The notes below the pieces were generated by a model that was not told the DNA's origin, ran no database searches, and saw only the letters and a list, made by a program, of their open reading frames with translations. This document shows, one piece after another, positions 21,368-32,268 of a stretch of DNA of 64,000 nt (positions within the stretch are counted from its first letter, which is position 1; the number at the start of each line of letters is the position of its first letter). A program made the position numbers and the translations under genes. The DNA is from Deinococcus sp. (GTDB lineage Bacteria > Deinococcota > Deinococci > Deinococcales > Deinococcaceae): positions 13,910 through 77,909 of the forward strand of contig NZ_JAGLBG010000003.1 of NCBI RefSeq assembly GCF_018260405.1. Reading direction: 5' to 3'.

Positions 21368-22288
21368 ATGCCTCTTGACCTTATTCTTGAACAACTTCTG
21401 AACGGCGTGCAGTTCAGCTTGATGCTGTTTTTGTTGGCGGCGGGCCTGACGCTCATTTTCGGCGTGATGGACTTGATTAACCTGGCGCACGGTTCGCTTT
21501 ATATGATCGGCGCGTACCTGACCGCCACGTTTGCGCCGCACGTCGGGTTTTTTCCAGCGGTGGTGCTGGCCATTTTAGGCACTATGCTGATTGGCGGACT
21601 GCTGGAAGTCACGATTATTCGCCGCCTGTACGCCCGCACTCACTTAACGCAAGTGCTGTCCACCTTTGCGCTGATGCTGATTGCCAATGAGGTCGTGCGC
21701 ATGATCTGGGGGGCGCAGCCCATTGCGCTGAGTGCGCCCGAAAGCCTGTCGCAGCCTGTGCAATTGCCGGGGTTTAAGTACAGTGCCTACCGCCTATTTA
21801 TCATCGCGGCGGGGCTAGGCGTGGGGGCGGGCCTGTACTACTTGGTCAACAAAACCCGCGTGGGCATGTGGCTGCGCGCCGGAGCCAGCAACCGCGAGAT
21901 GACCCGCGCTATGGGCGTGAAAATTGGCCCGCTGTACACCTTGATTTTTGCCCTCGGCGCTGGCCTGTGCGCCCTCGCTGGGGCTTTGCTGGGGCCGCTG
22001 CTGTCGGTACAAGTCGGCATGGGCGAAAACATCCTGATTCTGGCCTTCGTGGTGGTTGTCATCGGCGGGATCGGCAGCATCAAAGGCGCGTTTATCGGCT
22101 CGCTGCTGGTGGGCATTCTCGACACCGCTGGACGCGCTTTTCTGCCCACTTGGCTCACCGCTCTGTTTAACCCGCAACTTGCCGGAAGCTTCGGCCCAGC
22201 GCTGGCGAGCATTGCCATTTATGTGCTGATGGCCGCCGTGCTGTTCTTTAAGCCACGCGGGCTATTCCCAGCGCGGGGGACGGGATGA
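21368..22288 (+). CDS. livH: Branched-chain ABC permease
   Basis: LNGV..LFLLAAGLTLIFGVMDLINLAHGSLYMIGAY; VVIGGIGSI. Confidence 0.88.
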   Translation: MPLDLILEQLLNGVQFSLMLFLLAAGLTLIFGVMDLINLAHGSLYMIGAYLTATFAPHVGFFPAVVLAILGTMLIGGLLEVTIIRRLYARTHLTQVLSTFALMLIANEVVRMIWGAQPIALSAPESLSQPVQLPGFKYSAYRLFIIAAGLGVGAGLYYLVNKTRVGMWLRAGASNREMTRAMGVKIGPLYTLIFALGAGLCALAGALLGPLLSVQVGMGENILILAFVVVVIGGIGSIKGAFIGSLLVGILDTAGRAFLPTWLTALFNPQLAGSFGPALASIAIYVLMAAVLFFKPRGLFPARGTG

Positions 22289-22412
22289 AAGGGGCTATGG
22301 TCTATGGTCTATGGTGTGTAAGGATAGGGAGAAATTGCGGTAAGGATGGTCACACGCTCCCTCACCCCTCAGCCGCTGGCGCGGCGCCTCCCCTCTCCCA
22401 GTGGCGCGCTCC

Positions 22413-23354
22413 ATGAAGCGCCTTCTTCCCTTCCTTCTCCTTGCGCTCGGCCTCGCGCTGCCATTCATTCTCACCGCAATGGGGCAGGAGTATTACATCT
22501 CGTTTGCGTCGCGGGTGCTGGTGGTGGCGCTAGCAGCCAGTGCGCTGAATCTTATTTTGGGGTACGGCGGGTTGGTCAGTTTCGGCCACGCGGCGTACTT
22601 TGGGGCGGGGGCGTATACGGCGGCTTTGCTGGCCGGAAAGGGTGCGGGGCTGCCCGCGCAACTGCTGGTTGGAACAGGCGTGGCGGCGCTACTGGCCTTC
22701 GTGTTCGGCTGGGCCGCACTTCGCACGCGGGGGGTGTACTTCATCATGATTACGCTGGCGCTGGCGCAGATGTTGTACTACTTGGCGGTATCGTCCGATT
22801 CGCTAGGCGGGGAAGATGGCCTTCGCATCAGCCGCGCCGCGCTGTGGGGTGACTTGACGCTGGGCGATGACCGGGCCATGTACTACACGGCACTGACCGC
22901 GCTCACACTGGGCTTGTTCGTCATCTGGCGCGTGGTGCACAGCCGTTTTGGCGAGGTAGTACAGGCTGCCCGCGACAACGAGACGCGCACGGCGGCGCTG
23001 GGGTATCCGGTGCGGCGGTATCAACTGGTCAATTTTGTGATTGGCGGCGCACTGGCGGGCCTCGCGGGCGTGCTAATGACGCAAATCAGCGGCTTCACGA
23101 ATCCCAGTTTGCTGTCGTGGCAACAGTCGGGCCAGTTCATGATGATGGTCATTCTAGGCGGCGTCGGCACCTTCTGGGCGGGCTTGCTCGGCACGGCGGT
23201 ACTCCTTGGCCTAGAAGAATACTTGGGCGAAGTCACAGAACGCTGGCCGCTGTTCGTGGGCCTGATTCTGCTGGGCGTCATGCTGTTCGCACCCAAAGGA
23301 TTGGGAAGTCTGGGAACCCTGTTCGGGCGCAAGAAAAAAGAGGTGGTAGAGTGA
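22413..23354 (+). CDS. livM: Branched-chain ABC permease
   Basis: LNLILGYGGLVSFGHAAYFG, RTRGVYFIMITLA, GGEDG, RDNE. Confidence 0.88.
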   Translation: MKRLLPFLLLALGLALPFILTAMGQEYYISFASRVLVVALAASALNLILGYGGLVSFGHAAYFGAGAYTAALLAGKGAGLPAQLLVGTGVAALLAFVFGWAALRTRGVYFIMITLALAQMLYYLAVSSDSLGGEDGLRISRAALWGDLTLGDDRAMYYTALTALTLGLFVIWRVVHSRFGEVVQAARDNETRTAALGYPVRRYQLVNFVIGGALAGLAGVLMTQISGFTNPSLLSWQQSGQFMMMVILGGVGTFWAGLLGTAVLLGLEEYLGEVTERWPLFVGLILLGVMLFAPKGLGSLGTLFGRKKKEVVE

Positions 23355-23468
23355 GTTACTGCGAGTTTTATAGGCCTCTGGCGCGATTTAGCTGGTCACA
23401 CGCCTCTGCACCTCCCCGGCCCTGCGGGATTTTTTCCTTCTCCGCGTGGAGAGAGAGCAAAAAGGAAA

Positions 23469-24245
23469 GTGTTTAAGGTGGCGGGCATTCAATCTCAATC
23501 CGCACTTGTGGCTGAGAATCTCTGTAAGAACTTCGGCGCTTTGGCCGCCACCCAGAACGTGAATCTGCGCGTCGAGGGGAAGGGCGTTCACGCGCTGATC
23601 GGCCCCAACGGGGCAGGAAAGACCACCCTGGTCAACCTACTATCTGGGGCGTTGCCGCCGTCGTCTGGGCGGGTGCTATTGAGCGGGCAGGATGTGAGCC
23701 GCGTGGACATGCCGGGGCGGGTGGCGCGGGGGTTATCGCGCACTTACCAAATCACAAGTATTTACCCGGAGTGGACGGTGTGGCGCAACCTGGCCCTGAG
23801 CGTTCAAGGGCGCAGTGGAACGTCCATGCGATTCTGGCAACCTGTCACGGGTGAAAGGGCTTTATACCGTCAAGCCGCTGAAATTGCTGAGGAAGTGGGC
23901 CTGACCTCGCGCCTAAACGCGCCTGCCTCTGATTTGTCGCACGGGGAACGCAAGCAATTGGATGTGGCTTTGGCCCTTGCGAGTAACCCAAAGTTTCTGT
24001 TGATGGACGAACCGATGGCGGGGCTCGGGCACGAGGAAAGTGTCCGCATGGTAGACTTGATTCGCCGCATTGCCGGAATCCGCGCCGTGCTGCTGATCGA
24101 GCATGACATGGACGCAGTGTTCTCGCTGGCAAATGAAGTCAGTGTGCTGGTATACGGGCAAATTATCGCCAGTGGGACGCCCGAAGCCATTAAAAACGAC
24201 CCCGAAGTGCAGCGGGCCTACTTGGGTGACGATCATGCTGCTTGA
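23469..24245 (+). CDS. livG: Branched-chain ABC ATP-binding protein
   Basis: GPNGAGKTT, LSHGE, MDEPMAG, EHDM, AYLG. Confidence 0.88.
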   Translation: MFKVAGIQSQSALVAENLCKNFGALAATQNVNLRVEGKGVHALIGPNGAGKTTLVNLLSGALPPSSGRVLLSGQDVSRVDMPGRVARGLSRTYQITSIYPEWTVWRNLALSVQGRSGTSMRFWQPVTGERALYRQAAEIAEEVGLTSRLNAPASDLSHGERKQLDVALALASNPKFLLMDEPMAGLGHEESVRMVDLIRRIAGIRAVLLIEHDMDAVFSLANEVSVLVYGQIIASGTPEAIKNDPEVQRAYLGDDHAA

Positions 24246-24930
24246 AGTTACTGACCTGCACGGCGGTTACGGCAGCGCCAAAGTGCTTCACGGCGTCACA
24301 CTCAGCGTCGGCGCGGGGCAAACACATGCGCTCCTTGGTCGCAACGGCATGGGCAAAACCACTACTGTCCGGACGCTCATAGGCCTCAACACCGCCACAG
24401 GGGGGCGCATCCTGTTTGAAGGGCAGGACATCACCAAGCTCTCGCCCGAAGCGGTAGTGGCGCGGGGGATTGCTGTCGTCCCAGAAGGGCGGCAAGTCTT
24501 TCCAAACCTCAGTGTGGAAGAACACCTCATCGCTTTTCACCTGAAACGGCACGGCAACGCTTGGACGCCGGGGCGCGTGTACGAGCTGTTTCCGCGCCTG
24601 CTAGAGCGCCGACACCACGGCGGGCAACAACTTTCTGGCGGTGAGCAGCAGATGCTTGCCATTGGCCGGGCACTGGTCACCAACCCTAAACTCCTTATTC
24701 TGGACGAAGCCACCGAGGGCCTAGCTCCTCTCATGCGCGAGGAAGTCTGGCGCTGCCTGACTCTCCTTCGTGAAAATGGGCAGAGCATCCTTGTTATTGA
24801 CAAATATGTGCGCCGCCTGATGACTTTGGCCGACGGACACACCATCTTGGAACGCGGGCGCGTCGTCTGGGAAGGAAAGAGCGGGCAACTCGAAGCCGAC
24901 AAAGCAGCGTGGGAGTATCTGAGTGTATGA
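24235..24930 (+). CDS. livF: Branched-chain ABC ATP-binding protein
   Basis: GRNGMGKTT, VPEGRQVF, LSGGEQQM, LDEATEGLAP. Confidence 0.88.
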   Translation: MLLEVTDLHGGYGSAKVLHGVTLSVGAGQTHALLGRNGMGKTTTVRTLIGLNTATGGRILFEGQDITKLSPEAVVARGIAVVPEGRQVFPNLSVEEHLIAFHLKRHGNAWTPGRVYELFPRLLERRHHGGQQLSGGEQQMLAIGRALVTNPKLLILDEATEGLAPLMREEVWRCLTLLRENGQSILVIDKYVRRLMTLADGHTILERGRVVWEGKSGQLEADKAAWEYLSV

Positions 24931-25715
24931 CTGACCTCTTTGATTCCGCCATCAACACCGAATACATGCCTTCTCAGCGCGTGCCGAACGCCAGTGACTT
25001 CTTCGGCAGCTGGGGAACGCGCAGCGCCGCCGTGCGTGAGCAGTACCCGCCACAGGAGCTGGCGTACGGCCCCGGCGAACATGAGCGGCTAGACGTGTTT
25101 GAGCCGTTAGGCACGCCGCTGGGCACTGTACTCTGGATTCACGGCGGGTACTGGATGGCGTTTTACAAGGATTCGTTTTCATATCTGGCCCCGCCAGTCG
25201 TGGAGGCGGGCTACCGCGTGGCCGTCATGAGTTACGACCTCGTGCCCAGCGTGAGTCTAAAGCAGATTGTGCGCCAGGCGCGGCAGGCGGCGTCGTTTGT
25301 CTCTCAGAGGTACGGCGCCCTGGTGGTGGCCGGTCACTCGGCGGGCGGCCACCTCACGGCCATGATTCACTGCGCCGACTGGCCCGCCGAGGGCCTGCCT
25401 GCCCCTGAAATCGTGCGCGGCATCGGCATCAGCGGCCTGTACGACCTGCGGCCCCTGCGGCTGACCGAACTGCAACCCAACCTGCGCCTCACCGAAAGCC
25501 AGGCCCTGGAGCTGAGTCCGGTGGGGCACCAGCCGACGACCTCCGCGCCCTTTGTGGTGGCGGTCGGGGCGCTGGAATCCGACGCTTTTCATACCCAGAG
25601 TGCTCACCTTACGCAGGTCTGGGCGGGTGTGGCGACCAGCATTCAGCCGTTGCTGGAGCGTCACCATTTCGATGGCCCCGACGAGTTGCTCTGGCTGACT
25701 CAGCTGTCTCTATGA
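24927..25715 (+). CDS. Alpha/beta-hydrolase kynurenine formamidase (Afmid/BNA7-type)
   Basis: YG..E.LDVF, IHGGYW, GHSAGGH, ISGLYDL; directly upstream of kynU-kynA. Confidence 0.75.
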   Translation: MTDLFDSAINTEYMPSQRVPNASDFFGSWGTRSAAVREQYPPQELAYGPGEHERLDVFEPLGTPLGTVLWIHGGYWMAFYKDSFSYLAPPVVEAGYRVAVMSYDLVPSVSLKQIVRQARQAASFVSQRYGALVVAGHSAGGHLTAMIHCADWPAEGLPAPEIVRGIGISGLYDLRPLRLTELQPNLRLTESQALELSPVGHQPTTSAPFVVAVGALESDAFHTQSAHLTQVWAGVATSIQPLLERHHFDGPDELLWLTQLSL

Positions 25716-25802
25716 TTAGGCTACTCGTATAATTGAAAGGCGCTTTCCCCAGTGACTTTTGCCTCCAGTGCTCAGCCCTCTAACCCCCCCCGAGGTATTC
25801 CC

Positions 25803-27044
25803 ATGACCATTCCCGATTTAAGCCAACTTGATGCCGCCGACCCTCTGGCGCACAAGCGTGAAGCTTTTGAACTGCCCGCCGATACCATCTATCTGGATGG
25901 CAACAGCCTGGGCGCGATGCCTAAAGCGGTCCCCGCTCGCCTGCACGAAGTGGTGACCGGAGAGTGGGCGCAGCACCTGATTCGTTCGTGGACGCGCAAT
26001 GCTGAGGCCGCGCAGGACTGGATGGCCCTGCCTGACCGCGTGTCCGTCAAAATTGCCCGCCTGATTGGAGCGCGGCCCGATGAGGTAGCGGTAGGCGACA
26101 GCACCAGCGTCAACACTTTCAAGGTGCTGGCGGCGGCGGTCAGGATGAACGCCCAGCGCCCTGTTTTGCTGACCGACGCCGAAAACTTCCCCACCGACCT
26201 GTACGTGACCCAGGGTCTTAATGCCCTGCTGGGCGGCACGCTAGAGATTCGCCGCGTCCCAGCCGACGAAATTGCGGCCCATCCCGAACAACACCTGACA
26301 CCCGAAGTGGGGGTGCTGCTGCTCACTGAGGTGGACTACCGCACCGGGCGCAAGCTGGATATGGGCCAAATAACGGCGCAGGCGCAGGCGCAGGGCATCC
26401 TGACAGTCTGGGATCTGGCACACTCGGCGGGAGCTTTCGCGGTTGACCTGAACGGCTGTCACGCCGACTTTGCCATTGGCTGCGGCTATAAGTTCCTGAA
26501 CGGTGGCCCCGGTGCGCCCGCTTTTTTGTTTGTGGCGCAGCGGCATCATGACGCGGCCCCCTCCTTTTTGAGCGGCTGGATGGGCCACGCCGACCCCTTT
26601 GAAATGGCCCGCGAGTATGTCCCGGCCCCCGGTGCGCGGCGCTATGTGGTAGGCACGCCGCAAGTGGTGGGCCTCAGTGCGCTGGATACGGCGCTCGACG
26701 TGTTCGCCGATGTGGATATGGGGCAACTCCGCGCCAAATCGCTGTCGTTGACCGACACTTTTATCGCTCTGATGGAACCACTGACCGGCCAGTATCCGCT
26801 TGAACTGGTGACGCCCCGGGAGCCCGAGCAGCGCGGCTCACAGGTCAGCTACCGCCACCCGCAGGCGCAAGAGGTGATGAAAACCCTTATCGAACGCGGC
26901 ATTGTCGGAGATTTCCGCACACCGGACATCCTGCGCTTCGGATTTACGCCGCTGTACCACTCGCACGCCGACGTAGGCCGGGCCGTAGAGGGCATCCGCG
27001 CCGTACTGGAGGCGGGGCCACATGAGCAGACAACCCGGGCCTGA
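25803..27044 (+). CDS. kynU: Kynureninase
   Basis: YLDGNSLG, LIRSW, NFPTDLY, WDLAHSAG, GCGYKFLNGGPG, RGSQVS, GDFR.PD.LRFG. Confidence 0.95.
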   Translation: MTIPDLSQLDAADPLAHKREAFELPADTIYLDGNSLGAMPKAVPARLHEVVTGEWAQHLIRSWTRNAEAAQDWMALPDRVSVKIARLIGARPDEVAVGDSTSVNTFKVLAAAVRMNAQRPVLLTDAENFPTDLYVTQGLNALLGGTLEIRRVPADEIAAHPEQHLTPEVGVLLLTEVDYRTGRKLDMGQITAQAQAQGILTVWDLAHSAGAFAVDLNGCHADFAIGCGYKFLNGGPGAPAFLFVAQRHHDAAPSFLSGWMGHADPFEMAREYVPAPGARRYVVGTPQVVGLSALDTALDVFADVDMGQLRAKSLSLTDTFIALMEPLTGQYPLELVTPREPEQRGSQVSYRHPQAQEVMKTLIERGIVGDFRTPDILRFGFTPLYHSHADVGRAVEGIRAVLEAGPHEQTTRA

Positions 27045-27873
27045 AAAGCGGGCCGATTCTGCGCAGGAGGCTTACGGCGACTTTCGTCAGAGCCTCAGCT
27101 ACGGCGACTACCTGCATCTGGATGAACTCAAAGGGGCCCACCAGCCTCTGACCGAGGCCCACGATGAACATCTGTTTATTGCCGTCCACCACGTCTCGGA
27201 GGTGTGGCTGGGGCTGATTGTGCGTGAGTTGCAGGCGGCCATGTCGCTGCTGGAGCAGGGCATCACTGACGCGCCCCTCAAGCTGCTGACGCGGGTGGTG
27301 CGGGCGCAAGAACAGATGACCGACGCCTGGGAAGTCTTAAAAACCATGACTCCCACCGACTATCTTCAGTTCCGCTGGGCTTTCGGGCACGCCTCGGGGT
27401 TTCAGTCACAGGGCTACCGGATGGTGGAGTTTTTGCTCGGCAACCGTAACCCTGTGCTGTTACACCCCCATGAGCACCGGCCCGACTTGCACGGCCCGCT
27501 CGACGACGCCATGCACGCCCCCAGTGTCTACGACCTGACGCTGCGCCTCCTTGCGGCGCGTGGCCTGGCTGTGCCGCCTGAAGTGCTTAACCGTGACTTC
27601 TCACACAACTATGAGGTGAACGAGGCGGTTTTGGCGGCCTGGCTACAGGTTTACGGCGACCCGGCGACCTACTGGGACCTGTACGAACTGGCCGAGAAAC
27701 TGGTGGATGTGGAAGATAATTTTCGGCGCTGGCGCTTCAATCACCTGACCACTGTGGAGCGCGTCATCGGGTTCAAGCGTGGCTCGGGGGGCACCAGTGG
27801 GGCGAACTATCTGCGCCAGGTGCTGAGCACCGTACTGTTTCCCGAACTGTGGGAGGTGCGCACGCGCCTATAG
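27022..27873 (+). CDS. kynA: Tryptophan 2,3-dioxygenase
   Basis: SYGDYL, HDEHLFI, ASGFQS, WRFNH..TVERVIG.K.GSGGTSG..YL, FPELW. Confidence 0.95.
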   Translation: MSRQPGPEKRADSAQEAYGDFRQSLSYGDYLHLDELKGAHQPLTEAHDEHLFIAVHHVSEVWLGLIVRELQAAMSLLEQGITDAPLKLLTRVVRAQEQMTDAWEVLKTMTPTDYLQFRWAFGHASGFQSQGYRMVEFLLGNRNPVLLHPHEHRPDLHGPLDDAMHAPSVYDLTLRLLAARGLAVPPEVLNRDFSHNYEVNEAVLAAWLQVYGDPATYWDLYELAEKLVDVEDNFRRWRFNHLTTVERVIGFKRGSGGTSGANYLRQVLSTVLFPELWEVRTRL

Positions 27874-27977
27874 AGACTACGGCAGCTCGGGCCTCTGGGC
27901 AGGTCGGGCCTTTGGGGCGGGCTGACCATACGGAGCTGACTATCGCCTTTTACAGTCGGGGCCAGAGGTGAGACCCA

Positions 27978-30410
27978 GTGACCCAGACTCCGGTGACCCA
28001 CAGCCCAGCACCCCAGACTCCAGTAAGCCAGACTCCAGCCAGAGCACTTTCGCCCATCTCCTTCCCGCCCGAGGAGCAACGCCTGCTGGACGCCTACTGG
28101 CGTGCGGCAAACTACCTGTCGGTAGGTCAGATTTACCTGCTGGACAACCCCCTGCTGCGCCGCCCGCTGACGCTGAGTGACGTCAAACCGCGCCTGCTAG
28201 GGCACTGGGGCACCACACCGGGGCTGAATTTCATCTACGCTCACCTGAACCGGCTGATCAGGGGGCACGACCTGAGCGCCCTGTTTATCACGGGGCCAGG
28301 ACACGGCGGCCCCGGTATCGTGGCGAACACCTACCTGGAAGGCACCTACTCGGAACTGTACCCCGAGGTCAGCCAGGACGAAACCGGGATGCAGCGGCTC
28401 TTTAAGCAGTTTAGCTTTCCCGGCGGGATTCCCAGCCACGTGGCCCCCGAGGTGCCCGGCTCCATTCACGAGGGCGGCGAACTGGGCTACAGCCTCGCGC
28501 ACGCGTTCGGGGCGGCGTTTGATCATCCTGAGTTGCTGGTGGCCTGTGTCATCGGTGACGGTGAGGCCGAAACCGGCACCCTGGCGGCCAGCTGGCACAG
28601 CAACAAGTTCCTGAACCCGCGGCGCGACGGCGCGGTGCTGCCGATTTTGCATCTCAACGGGTACAAGATTGCCAATCCAGCAGTCCTGGCGCGGCTGCCG
28701 CACGCTGAATTAGAAAGCCTGCTGCGCGGCTACGGGTATCAGCCGTACTTCGTGGAGGGCGACGATCCCGCGCAGCTTCACCCGCTGATGGCGCAGACGT
28801 TAGAGCAGGTGCTGGCCGACATCCAGGCGATTCAGAAAGCGGCGCGGGAAGACGGCCAGACCACCCGCCCAGTGTGGCCCATGATTGTGCTGCGAACCCC
28901 CAAAGGCTGGACAGGGCCGAAAGTGGTGGACGGCAAGCCTGTCGAGAACACCTGGCGGGCGCATCAGGTTCCGCTGGACGGGCTGCGTGACCACCCCGAG
29001 CACCTGAAGATGCTGGAAGACTGGCTGCGCGGCTATCATCCCGAGGAACTGTTCGACACATCGGGCCGCCTGAAGCCCGAGTTGGCGGCCCTGGCGCCGC
29101 AAGGCACAAAGCGGATGTCGGCCAATCCAGTCGCCAACGGCGGGGCCGTGCTGCAAGACCTTAACCTGCCTGACTTTCGCAGCTACGCGGTCGACGTGGC
29201 GGCCCCCGGCGAGAAGATGGCTGAGGCCACCCGGGTGCTGGGGCAGTTTCTGCGCGACATCATCAAAGACAACCCCGAGAACTTCCGGCTGTTTGGCCCC
29301 GATGAAACCGAATCCAACCGGCTGGGGGCGGTGTACGACGTAACTGGCAAGGTCTGGCTGGACGAGGAAAAACCCACCGACGAGCACCTCACGCCTGATG
29401 GCCGGGTCATGGAAGTGCTCAGCGAACAGATGCTCGAAGGCTGGCTCGAAGGCTACCTGCTGACCGGGCGGCATGGCCTGCTCTCGTGCTACGAGGCGTT
29501 TATTCACATCATCGATTCGATGTTTAACCAGCACGCCAAGTGGCTCAAGACCACCAACCGGATTGCGTGGCGTCAGCCTATCGCCTCTTTGACGTATCTG
29601 CTGACCTCGCATGTGTGGCGCCAAGATCACAACGGGTTTTCTCATCAAGATCCCGGTTTTATTGACCATGTGGTGAACAAGAAGGCCGAAGTGGTGCGAG
29701 TCTACCTGCCACCCGACGCCAACACGCTGCTCTCGGTGGTCGACCACTGCCTGCGCAGCCGCCAATACGTGAATGTGATTGTGGCGGGCAAGCAACCCGC
29801 GCCGCAGTGGCTTACGGTAGATGAGGCTGCTGAGCACTGCGCCCGAGGCGCAAGCATCTGGAAGTTTGCCAGTTGTGAAGGCGAGCCGGACGTGGTTATG
29901 GCCTGCGCCGGAGACGTGCCGACCATGGAAACCATCGCCGCCTGCGACCTGCTGCGCGGGAGCTTCCCGGAACTGAATATCCGAGTGGTGAACGTGGTTG
30001 ACCTGATGACGTTGCAAAGCCCCGGCGAGCACCCCCACGCCCTGAGCGACGAGGACTACGCGGCGCTGTTTACCGCCGACAAGCCGATTATCTTTGCCTA
30101 TCACGGCTACCCGTGGCTGATTCACCGCCTGGCCTACCGCCGCCCGAACCACGACAATCTGCATGTGCGCGGCTACAAGGAAGAAGGCACCACGACCACG
30201 CCGTTTGACATGACGGTGTGCAACGAGATTGACCGCTATCACCTGGCCCTGGACGCGGTACGCCGCCTGCCACAATTGCAGGAACGTGCAAACGACTTCA
30301 CCGAGCGCCTCACCCAGAAACTGAGCGAACACCACCGCTACATCCGTGAGCACGGCGACGACCTGCCCGAGGTCAAGGACTGGGTGTGGCACACCAAGGA
30401 AATTGACTGA
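27978..30410 (+). CDS. xfp: Xylulose-5-P/fructose-6-P phosphoketolase
   Basis: [57 protein letters not shown]; exact start uncertain because the N-terminus is repetitive. Confidence 0.95.
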   Translation: MTQTPVTHSPAPQTPVSQTPARALSPISFPPEEQRLLDAYWRAANYLSVGQIYLLDNPLLRRPLTLSDVKPRLLGHWGTTPGLNFIYAHLNRLIRGHDLSALFITGPGHGGPGIVANTYLEGTYSELYPEVSQDETGMQRLFKQFSFPGGIPSHVAPEVPGSIHEGGELGYSLAHAFGAAFDHPELLVACVIGDGEAETGTLAASWHSNKFLNPRRDGAVLPILHLNGYKIANPAVLARLPHAELESLLRGYGYQPYFVEGDDPAQLHPLMAQTLEQVLADIQAIQKAAREDGQTTRPVWPMIVLRTPKGWTGPKVVDGKPVENTWRAHQVPLDGLRDHPEHLKMLEDWLRGYHPEELFDTSGRLKPELAALAPQGTKRMSANPVANGGAVLQDLNLPDFRSYAVDVAAPGEKMAEATRVLGQFLRDIIKDNPENFRLFGPDETESNRLGAVYDVTGKVWLDEEKPTDEHLTPDGRVMEVLSEQMLEGWLEGYLLTGRHGLLSCYEAFIHIIDSMFNQHAKWLKTTNRIAWRQPIASLTYLLTSHVWRQDHNGFSHQDPGFIDHVVNKKAEVVRVYLPPDANTLLSVVDHCLRSRQYVNVIVAGKQPAPQWLTVDEAAEHCARGASIWKFASCEGEPDVVMACAGDVPTMETIAACDLLRGSFPELNIRVVNVVDLMTLQSPGEHPHALSDEDYAALFTADKPIIFAYHGYPWLIHRLAYRRPNHDNLHVRGYKEEGTTTTPFDMTVCNEIDRYHLALDAVRRLPQLQERANDFTERLTQKLSEHHRYIREHGDDLPEVKDWVWHTKEID

Positions 30411-30441
30411 GGGGTAAACACGTAGGCCGTAGTGGAGGGCT

Positions 30442-30489
30442 ATACGGACTGCCGAATTGAATCTGGTGGTTTCAGATTCAATCCGAGCG
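30442..30489. repeat. Small Deinococcus-type noncoding repeat with hairpin, likely a bidirectional terminator between convergent genes
   Basis: ATACGGACTGCCG start (also at 43375 and 44508); 10-bp stem ATTGAATCTG/CAGATTCAAT at 30456-30482. Confidence 0.6.
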
Positions 30490-30511
30490 TGGCCTGTCTA
30501 TGCAAAGTGCT

Positions 30512-32170
30512 CTAAAGCGCCGCTGCGATAGCTTGCCCCACCGTGCGCCCCCCGAACAGGCAGCCACCCAGGAAAGTGCCTTCCAGGGCGCGGTAGCCGT
30601 GGTACCCGCCGCCGCCGAAGCCCGCCACTTCTCCGGCGGCGTACAGGCCGGGGATGGGTTGCCCACTTTCACCCAGCACGCGCCCCTGAAGGTCGGTCTC
30701 CAGGCCACCCAGCGACTTGCGCGTCATGATATTCATGCGCACCGCGATGAGCGGGCCGTTTTGTGGGTCGAGGATTGGAGCGGGTTTAGCGACGCGGGTT
30801 AGGCGTTCACTAAGCAGTTGCCGTGCGCCGCGCACGATAGCCAGCTGCGGGTCCTTGCCTGCGGCGTTCGCCAGCTGTAAATCCCGGTCGCGCACCTCGC
30901 GTTCGACCACGGCGTACTCCAGGAGGTCGCTGCCCACTAGCTCATTCATCCCCCGGACCAGTTCGGCTAGCGTGCCGCGCACCACGAAGTCCTGGCCCCG
31001 GTCCATAAACGCCTGCACCGGGGCCTGCACGTTTTTGCCGCCGCGCTTGAGTGTGAGGCCGATGTCCCGCCCCGTGATATCCGGATTTTGCTCGCTTCCA
31101 GAGAGGCTGAATTCTTTTTTGATGATGGAACGGTTAAGCAAAAACCAGGTGTAGGGGTACCCGTTGGTGGTGATGTGCCCCAGCGTGTCGTAGCTGCTAG
31201 CACCCGGAATGTGCGGAAAAGGCAGCCGCCTGCCGCTCGGATCCAGCCACAGGCTGCTGGGGCCAGGCAGCACCCGAATGGCGTGGCCTGGCCAGATGGG
31301 GTTCCAGTTGTGTAGGCCCTCGGTGTAGTGCCACATGCGGTCGGGGTTGATCAGGCTCGCACCCTGCGCGACCAGTTGCTGCTGCAACAGCCCGTCGACA
31401 TGTTTGGGCACTCCGCTCAGCAGATGCCTGGGCGCGGGGCCGAGGCGCTCGGTCGGCCAGTAACGCCGCACCAGTTCATGGTTGCCGCCGATTCCGCCGG
31501 AAGTCACCAGCACGGCCTGGGCGCTCAGGTCGAAGTCGCCCACGACCACCCGCGAACTGCTTTCTCCCCGCTCGACCGCCGAGGGTTCCAGCCTATCGCC
31601 GTACACACCCGTTACTGCGCCGCCCACCACTTGCAGCCCGCGTACCCGGTGGCGAAACAGTAAGCCGATTCGCCCGGCCTGCTTATGCTCGCGCACCCGC
31701 CGCACGAACGGCTCCAGGACGCCAGGCCCAGTGCCCCAGGTGAGGTGAAACCTCGGGACGCTGTTGCCCGCCAGACTGGCCCCGGCCCCGCCGCGCTCGG
31801 CCCAGCCCACCGCCGGAAACCAGCGCATCCCTTGTTGGCGCAGCCACTCGCGTTTCTCGCCCGCCGCGAATTCCAGATAGGCTTCGGCCCACTTTCGGGG
31901 CCAGTAGTCCTCGGGGCGGTCAAAGGCCGCCGCCGTCATCCAGTCACGCCAGGCCAGTTCCAGCGAGTCTGTTATCTGGAGGCGGCGCTGCTCCGGGCTA
32001 TCCACAAAAAACAGTCCGCCCAGCGACCAGAAGGCTTGCCCACCCAGATTCTGTTCGCCTTCCTGGTCGAGGATCAGCACCCGTTTTCCGGCGTCGGCCA
32101 GTTCAGCGGCGGCCACCAGCCCGGCCAGTCCTGCACCCACCACGATTACGTCAGTCTGAAGCTCGGTCAT
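30512..32170 (-). CDS. FAD-binding dehydrogenase (KsdD-like, FAD_binding_2)
   Basis: VVGAGLAGL, LGGQAFWSLGGLF, GNSVPRFH.TWGTGPG, TSGGIGGN, RKSLGGL, ALEGTFLGGC; RBS AAGGAG. Confidence 0.9.
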   Translation of the reverse strand: MTELQTDVIVVGAGLAGLVAAAELADAGKRVLILDQEGEQNLGGQAFWSLGGLFFVDSPEQRRLQITDSLELAWRDWMTAAAFDRPEDYWPRKWAEAYLEFAAGEKREWLRQQGMRWFPAVGWAERGGAGASLAGNSVPRFHLTWGTGPGVLEPFVRRVREHKQAGRIGLLFRHRVRGLQVVGGAVTGVYGDRLEPSAVERGESSSRVVVGDFDLSAQAVLVTSGGIGGNHELVRRYWPTERLGPAPRHLLSGVPKHVDGLLQQQLVAQGASLINPDRMWHYTEGLHNWNPIWPGHAIRVLPGPSSLWLDPSGRRLPFPHIPGASSYDTLGHITTNGYPYTWFLLNRSIIKKEFSLSGSEQNPDITGRDIGLTLKRGGKNVQAPVQAFMDRGQDFVVRGTLAELVRGMNELVGSDLLEYAVVEREVRDRDLQLANAAGKDPQLAIVRGARQLLSERLTRVAKPAPILDPQNGPLIAVRMNIMTRKSLGGLETDLQGRVLGESGQPIPGLYAAGEVAGFGGGGYHGYRALEGTFLGGCLFGGRTVGQAIAAAL

Positions 32171-32268
32171 AGTGTGCTCCTTGCGCTTGAAAAGAAAGTG
32201 GTTCCCGGCAATCGGGGAGTGTCCGGGGTAGTGTCCAGGATGGCCCATCCCGTCCGGAAAGTCGAGTT

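Noticed and set aside
27970-28045. Repetitive CCCAG-rich N-terminal extension of phosphoketolase
   Set aside because: Looks like short-repeat expansion; it affects only the start call
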